Below, piece after piece: positions 59,211 to 64,000 of a stretch of DNA of 64,000 bases; position 1 is the first letter of the stretch; each line of letters begins with the position of its first letter. The DNA is taken from IMG/VR virus record IMGVR_UViG_3300032087_003293. The stretch is one strand, 5' to 3'. Position numbers and translations under genes: made by a program. The notes under the pieces are model-generated. The model did not search any database. It was not told the DNA's origin and saw nothing but the letters and a program-made list of their open reading frames with translations. The DNA comes from an uncultured virus (IMG/VR IMGVR_UViG_3300032087_003293). Lineage: Duplodnaviria > Heunggongvirae > Uroviricota > Caudoviricetes.

Positions 59211-59252
59211 ATTATAGCACAGCTTGACAAACCTGTAAAATATGAGTAGAAT
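59211..59252. promoter_or_regulatory. Overlapping divergent sigma70-type promoters
   Basis: Minus TTTACA-17-TATAAT toward gp55; plus TTGACA-17-TAGAAT antisense to upstream genes. Confidence 0.65.
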
Positions 59253-59285
59253 ACCTTTGTTAGGGTTGATAAGGATCATATAGCT

Positions 59286-59669
59286 TTAAGACTTATATAA
59301 CTTCTCTAAGTACTTTCTAGCATCATCTACATTAGTTAGATAACCCATCTTTCTACTTAGACTCTGCTTTTGATATTCAGAATTATTTTTTCTTAGAAAA
59401 GAGTTATACATTTTGATTGTTACTTCATCAAAGCATTCTACAATTGTTAGAACTTCATCCATATCAATAACAATCATATCTGATGATGCTGTTTTTAACC
59501 AAGGATCTACTTTATAACAAGGTTGTCCTCTTACAACTATTTCATCAATAGTAACTGGATTTAATAACATTAGAAATGTTTTATCATCTTCGACAGAAGA
59601 TGATACCATAGAGAATATCTCCTCAGTATTTTTTAGTTTTATCGTTGCATAAAATTCTTCTTCCATCAT
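59286..59669 (-). CDS. Conserved hypothetical protein
   Basis: TIKLKNTEEIF...DPWLK...KMGYL. Confidence 0.75.
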   Translation of the reverse strand: MMEEEFYATIKLKNTEEIFSMVSSSVEDDKTFLMLLNPVTIDEIVVRGQPCYKVDPWLKTASSDMIVIDMDEVLTIVECFDEVTIKMYNSFLRKNNSEYQKQSLSRKMGYLTNVDDARKYLEKLYKS

Positions 59670-61129
59670 TCCTTTAAATTAATGTTTAAGATATCATAAT
59701 TAAAATTTTCTTGATTATAAATTTTAATTCTTTCAATAAGGTGATTGAGAGTATAATTTTTTAAACTCCGAATGGTGCAATCATCTGCAATGTCATAAAG
59801 AGTTGCTTTTGTTTTATTTTTTCCTTTTCTTAAAACTCTTCCAATTGATTGTAAATTACGGATTCTTGACTTAGACGGACTAGCGAAAATAACATTATGA
59901 AGATTTCTAATGTTAATTCCCGTTGAGAAAGTTCCATATGATGCTACAATAATTGCGTTTGATTCATTTTCAGTTATCCGTCTGACTTCCTCTCTTTCAT
60001 CGGAGTCAACACCACCATGAACAAAGAAAACTTTTCTGTTTTCATCTACGGAACTATTTATCTTCTCAAAAAGTGGTTCACCATGTGCGGCAACCCGACT
60101 ATAAAGAATCAATGTATTTCCCTTTAAGTCTTTTGCTAGATTGACGATAAACTTATTTCTTCGTTCATGTGTAATGAGATATTGTATTTCATCCTCATAA
60201 GTTTCAAACTTTCTAGGATCATGTTTCAAGATAAGACATCTAATCTCAAGATCTGATACGTGTCCTTTTTCCATTAATTCTTTTGTTCTGGTCACACGAT
60301 AACAAGGACCAAACAATCCCTCTAGAACCCACTTATGAGTTTGAGTTCCATCAAGTGTTCCTGTAAAACCATACCGATACTTAGTATGATGTAGATGTGT
60401 CATAATTGTAATGAGAGACTTACTTTTGAATAAGTGTGCTTCATCACCAATCACAACATCAAAGTCTTCAAAATAACTTCTATCCATCTTATAGATAGAT
60501 TGCCATGTAGTAACAGTTACAGGAAGATCAGTTTCTTTCTCACAACCTGCATATATCTTGTGACAATATGACTCAGAATTCCAACCGTAATCACGAAAAT
60601 CCGAGACGAGTTGATCTACTAGACTGGTCGTTGGAACGACTACGAGAATTTTTCGGTTCTTATCCATATGATAACGCACGACGGCGTAAATCATCAGACT
60701 TTTTCCTGACGCAGTGGGACTTAACAGAATCTTTCTGTTGTATTTTAATGCATCATGAACTGCTTCAATCTGATAACTTCTTGGGGTTAGGGCAGTTATC
60801 GAAGAAAGATAATCCTTTACACCCTCAAGACTAATTTCTTTATTAATCTCAAAAGGTTTTCCATAATACTTATTTGTTATAAACTCATAAGTGTAATTAT
60901 AATTAGAACAAAACTCAACTAATCTATGCAAGAGACCAATATAAAGTCTCTTTGTTCTCATATCAAAAAGATGTATCTCTCCATTCCAATTTCTTTTTCG
61001 ATATTGAGGCATAAACTTTGCATTCGGAACCTCAAACCGAAAATGATCTCTCAGTTCATATTCAATATGAGGTTCTGTGGTAATCTTAAGATATACTTCA
61101 TTACATTTTTCAATAGTTAAATTAGCCAT
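59666..61129 (-). CDS. uvsW: SF2 helicase UvsW
   Basis: SPTASGKS, GDEAH, GFTGT, FSTGINI, QSIGRVLR. Confidence 0.96.
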   Translation of the reverse strand: MANLTIEKCNEVYLKITTEPHIEYELRDHFRFEVPNAKFMPQYRKRNWNGEIHLFDMRTKRLYIGLLHRLVEFCSNYNYTYEFITNKYYGKPFEINKEISLEGVKDYLSSITALTPRSYQIEAVHDALKYNRKILLSPTASGKSLMIYAVVRYHMDKNRKILVVVPTTSLVDQLVSDFRDYGWNSESYCHKIYAGCEKETDLPVTVTTWQSIYKMDRSYFEDFDVVIGDEAHLFKSKSLITIMTHLHHTKYRYGFTGTLDGTQTHKWVLEGLFGPCYRVTRTKELMEKGHVSDLEIRCLILKHDPRKFETYEDEIQYLITHERRNKFIVNLAKDLKGNTLILYSRVAAHGEPLFEKINSSVDENRKVFFVHGGVDSDEREEVRRITENESNAIIVASYGTFSTGINIRNLHNVIFASPSKSRIRNLQSIGRVLRKGKNKTKATLYDIADDCTIRSLKNYTLNHLIERIKIYNQENFNYDILNINLKE

Positions 61130-61559
61130 ATCCAGCTTGGAATTTCAAGAATTCAATTGAGTTTTTTATTTGGTATGTTCGGTTAGATATTTGTTTTAAA
61201 ATACTATCAACATAGTTAATCATTGCATCATAATATTCAATCTTCATACAGACATTAGAAAGTCTTTCGTCCGCATCAAGATACTTATTCATAGCATCTT
61301 TATCCCTAACCTTTTTGGGGAAAGGATCTTTTACATATACTTCTGGATCTGCCTTACCAGAATAATATTCGTATCTTTCGTGCCTAATATTTTTTCTTTG
61401 TTGCTCTGCTTTTGCTTTTAATAATACTAGATTGTTGTAAATATCGTAGTATTTTGAATGCAGTACAGGAATATTTAGGGACTCGTGATGAAGGTTGTCA
61501 ATATCAATCTGGGAATCTTTTTCCCACATTGATTTAATCATACTAATGTCAAATGTCAT
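61122..61559 (-). CDS. uvsY: Recombination mediator UvsY
   Basis: IPVLHSKY...YYSGK...RTYQIKNSIEF; synteny. Confidence 0.9.
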   Translation of the reverse strand: MTFDISMIKSMWEKDSQIDIDNLHHESLNIPVLHSKYYDIYNNLVLLKAKAEQQRKNIRHERYEYYSGKADPEVYVKDPFPKKVRDKDAMNKYLDADERLSNVCMKIEYYDAMINYVDSILKQISNRTYQIKNSIEFLKFQAGYG

Positions 61560-62125
61560 ACGTTCTGTTTCTTATTAAATTCATTGGTTATGTGATACAC
61601 ACTATACTTGAACGTTACCGTTGCTGCAAAGTATTGGATGTCTGTATCTGTAGCATCAAATTCAAGATCAGATAATGAAATGGGAAACATGTCTTGAAAC
61701 TTTATTTGAAAGTTTATATTTTCATTACTTGTTAATACTTGAAGAGTTCCATCTGAATAAACATTCATCTCCTGATTTGGTGAATATTTTTTACCTACCA
61801 AGTCAGTTTCTTTCTGCAAATTATATATTTGCTGAAGTGATTCTGGAAACCCTAATCCTCTTAACCAGTTTTGAATTTCAATATAGTTTTCTAAATCTTC
61901 ATCTACTAAAAATCTAATACTAAAATCATTAAATTGCATCATATCTCCAGGAACTGGTATTCTGGAAAGATATGATGGTTGTTCTGCTACTCCCAGAGAC
62001 ATTCCTGGAATTGTTGCAGAATTGGTAAAATAGGAAAGTTTCGGTGCTCTAGTAATGGAAAATTTGAATCCTACTGGAGATAGAAAATTCCTATTTTGTA
62101 TTTGTCTTTTATACGCATTAGACAT
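61556..62125 (-). CDS. gp3: Tail tube terminator (T4 gp3)
   Basis: NFLSPVGFKF, IPG, FLVDEDLENYIEIQNW, SDGTL, FPISLS. Confidence 0.88.
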   Translation of the reverse strand: MSNAYKRQIQNRNFLSPVGFKFSITRAPKLSYFTNSATIPGMSLGVAEQPSYLSRIPVPGDMMQFNDFSIRFLVDEDLENYIEIQNWLRGLGFPESLQQIYNLQKETDLVGKKYSPNQEMNVYSDGTLQVLTSNENINFQIKFQDMFPISLSDLEFDATDTDIQYFAATVTFKYSVYHITNEFNKKQNV

Positions 62126-62154
62126 GATCTAAAGATCTTTAGATATTCTATTTA

Positions 62155-62325
62155 TTACTCCAGTCCCATCAAATAATTTCCAAGTGCTTCTCTAAGATCT
62201 TGCTCTGTTAACTCTGGTTCTTCTTTTAAATACTGCTCTAAAACATAAACACAATGATTCTTGATCGCATCGTCACTAGACCATGAAAGTCTGTCGTTTA
62301 CAATGTCCCTTGGAGTTTTTAGCAT
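62155..62325 (-). CDS. Small hypothetical protein
   Basis: Start reassigned to MLKTPRD after the gp23 terminator and CTAAATA. Confidence 0.55.
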   Translation of the reverse strand: MLKTPRDIVNDRLSWSSDDAIKNHCVYVLEQYLKEEPELTEQDLREALGNYLMGLE

Positions 62326-62355
62326 TCTTCCAAAACGGTTGATATATTTAGGTAT

Positions 62356-62380
62356 AAAAAAAGACCCCCCGAAGGAGGTC
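62356..62380 (-). terminator. gp23 terminator with UUCG tetraloop
   Basis: GACCTCC-TTCG-GGGGGTC-TTTTTTT. Confidence 0.9.
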
Positions 62381-62399
62381 TTGAAGAAATGTGAATGGA

Positions 62400-63794
62400 T
62401 CACATGAGGTTCTTAACGGTTACACGTCTGTAGTAACGGTTAGAGTTGGTTTGTAGTCTACCAAGACCCTGGTTAGAAGCATCACCTTCTGCGAATGGGT
62501 TAGCAACTAGACCATAACGGGTCTTGAAGCCGATCTTAGGCTGGAAGGTGTTCTCACCAACTGCACGTACCATCTGGAGAGGTACATATGGGCAGTAGAA
62601 GAGACCTGCGTCATAAGGTGAAGAACCCTTATAACCTGCAACGTAATACTGGTTAGCAGCACTGTTTGCAGAATATGGGTCGATGTATACACGGAACTTA
62701 CCGAGTAGAGTACCAGCAAAGGTGTTGCCAGTGTCATCAACGTTGAGGTTTGCATTGAGTGCAGGGGTGTAATCGAGTACACCAGCCATGGCTAGAGCAG
62801 AAGCAACGTCTGCTGAGCACATGATGATGTTACCCTTTCCTCTACGAGTTCTTTGTGCGATTGCGTTAGCATCACGCTCGATTTGGAATAGTAGACCCTT
62901 GAACTTCTCAACAGACCAACGACCGTTGGAGTCGATGTCTAGGTCGAACTCACCAGCAGTTGCGGTGTTGACGGTAGCACCTTGCTCAGCAACCTTGTAG
63001 ATGGTTCTGATGACTTCACGGTTGATCTCAGCAAGAATCTCTGTGGAGAGAATGTTTGCGAGTTCAGCCTCAGCATTAAGACCGTGGATTGCCTTAATGT
63101 CTTGTGCTAGTTCTAGGGAGTACTCTGCCTTGAGTGCTCTGGACTTTGCAGTCACAGTAACTTTCTCAATGCTGAATGCCATCTCGTTGAACTGATCGGA
63201 GACGCCGAGGTTCTCAGCATCGTCAGTTCTCATGCCCTGACCAACGTTATATGCTAGTTCGTCAGCAGATGCGGTTGGGTTGAGGACGGAAGGATTGCTA
63301 CCAGACTGTGCGGTAGTACCCATACCAGAAGCAACACCAGACATTCCAGAGGTGTTGTTGAAGCCAGAATCCTGACCAGAGAATGCGGTATCTGCTTCGT
63401 TGAATAGTGCTTCAGTTCCACTCTGGCTGGTGTAACGTGAACGCATTGCGAAGATGAGTCCAGTAGGACCACTCATTGGCTGAACACCTGCGAGGTCATA
63501 TGCGACCAAGTTAGGCATTGAACGTCTAATTAGTGAAATTAGAACTGGGTCAAAACCTGCGGTGGTGGTGTCTCCACCTGCGCCAGTGTAACCACCATTA
63601 CCAACTGCGTTGGTTGGTGCTTCTGCGAGGAAAGAACCAGACTGCTCAAATGCAGACTGCTCTCTTAGGAATTTCTCTTGGTTTTCTAGCAGGACTGCGG
63701 TAACTGCTCTCTTATGGGAATCTTGAATATTATCAAGACCCTGATGGTCGAGAACGGGTGCCCACTTCTCCTGCAACTGCTCGGAATTGAACAT
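62400..63794 (-). CDS. gp23: Major capsid protein (T4 gp23)
   Basis: LLENQ, GVQPMSGPTG, AKSRALKAEYSLELAQD, EINRE, FYCPYVPL, GFKTRYG. Confidence 0.99.
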   Translation of the reverse strand: MFNSEQLQEKWAPVLDHQGLDNIQDSHKRAVTAVLLENQEKFLREQSAFEQSGSFLAEAPTNAVGNGGYTGAGGDTTTAGFDPVLISLIRRSMPNLVAYDLAGVQPMSGPTGLIFAMRSRYTSQSGTEALFNEADTAFSGQDSGFNNTSGMSGVASGMGTTAQSGSNPSVLNPTASADELAYNVGQGMRTDDAENLGVSDQFNEMAFSIEKVTVTAKSRALKAEYSLELAQDIKAIHGLNAEAELANILSTEILAEINREVIRTIYKVAEQGATVNTATAGEFDLDIDSNGRWSVEKFKGLLFQIERDANAIAQRTRRGKGNIIMCSADVASALAMAGVLDYTPALNANLNVDDTGNTFAGTLLGKFRVYIDPYSANSAANQYYVAGYKGSSPYDAGLFYCPYVPLQMVRAVGENTFQPKIGFKTRYGLVANPFAEGDASNQGLGRLQTNSNRYYRRVTVKNLM

Positions 63795-63841
63795 TGCGGT
63801 TTACCTATAAAGTGTTTGTTTTTGTTTGATTAATATTAAAT

Positions 63842-64000
63842 TCAGTTTTTAGCAAATGAAGAGAGTGTCTTCAGGTATGCTGCCATAGATCCAGAAACTA
63901 CTTCTGGAGCAGCATCAGAACCTTCGGATAGTGTCTCAGTTTTTGCCTTTGGAGCTGCCTTAGAAGAGAAATATGATTCTCTTAGCATTTCCAGTTTTTC
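63842..64000 (-). CDS. gp22: Prohead core/scaffold protein (T4 gp22), C-terminal part
   Basis: Hand translation EKLEMLRESYF...MAAYLKTLSSFAKN*; directly upstream of gp23. Confidence 0.85.
   Translation of the reverse strand, partial: EKLEMLRESYFSSKAAPKAKTETLSEGSDAAPEVVSGSMAAYLKTLSSFAKN

Overview
This window is 64 kb of a T4-like marine cyanomyophage genome. The host is probably Synechococcus, an inference from the tRNA set and auxiliary genes. Essentially all real genes lie on the minus strand, so transcription runs from 64000 toward 1. The order is: end of gp22, gp23 capsid, gp3, uvsY/uvsW, gp55, gp47/gp46, a vWA-peptidase + MoxR/CobS pair, gp45/44/62, a Dam-type methylase, regA, hsp20, gp43, uvsX, gp41, mazG, a late block of probable head-internal proteins, gp61, nrdA/nrdB and a GIY-YIG endonuclease. 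Next come a tRNA region with an HNH gene and structured non-coding RNAs, a ~12 kb GDP-fucose/glycosyltransferase island, an hli/thioredoxin/peroxiredoxin block, and two small beta-barrel paralogues plus pstS behind a pho-box-like element. The most interesting observations are: (1) a late-promoter glycan-building operon together with seven scattered 2OG-Fe(II)/JmjC oxygenases and a sulfotransferase; (2) a nucleotidyltransferase with a T4-like capsid-targeting N-terminus among protease-site-rich polyproteins; (3) two ORFs whose stop codon is the U8-A9-G10 of the next tRNA; (4) a modular tandem-pseudoknot RNA and another structured RNA between tRNAs; (5) a ROSE-like thermometer on hsp20; (6) a D-to-Y change in a gp47 catalytic motif. 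All calls are by eye from motifs and synteny; no database searches or folding programs were run.
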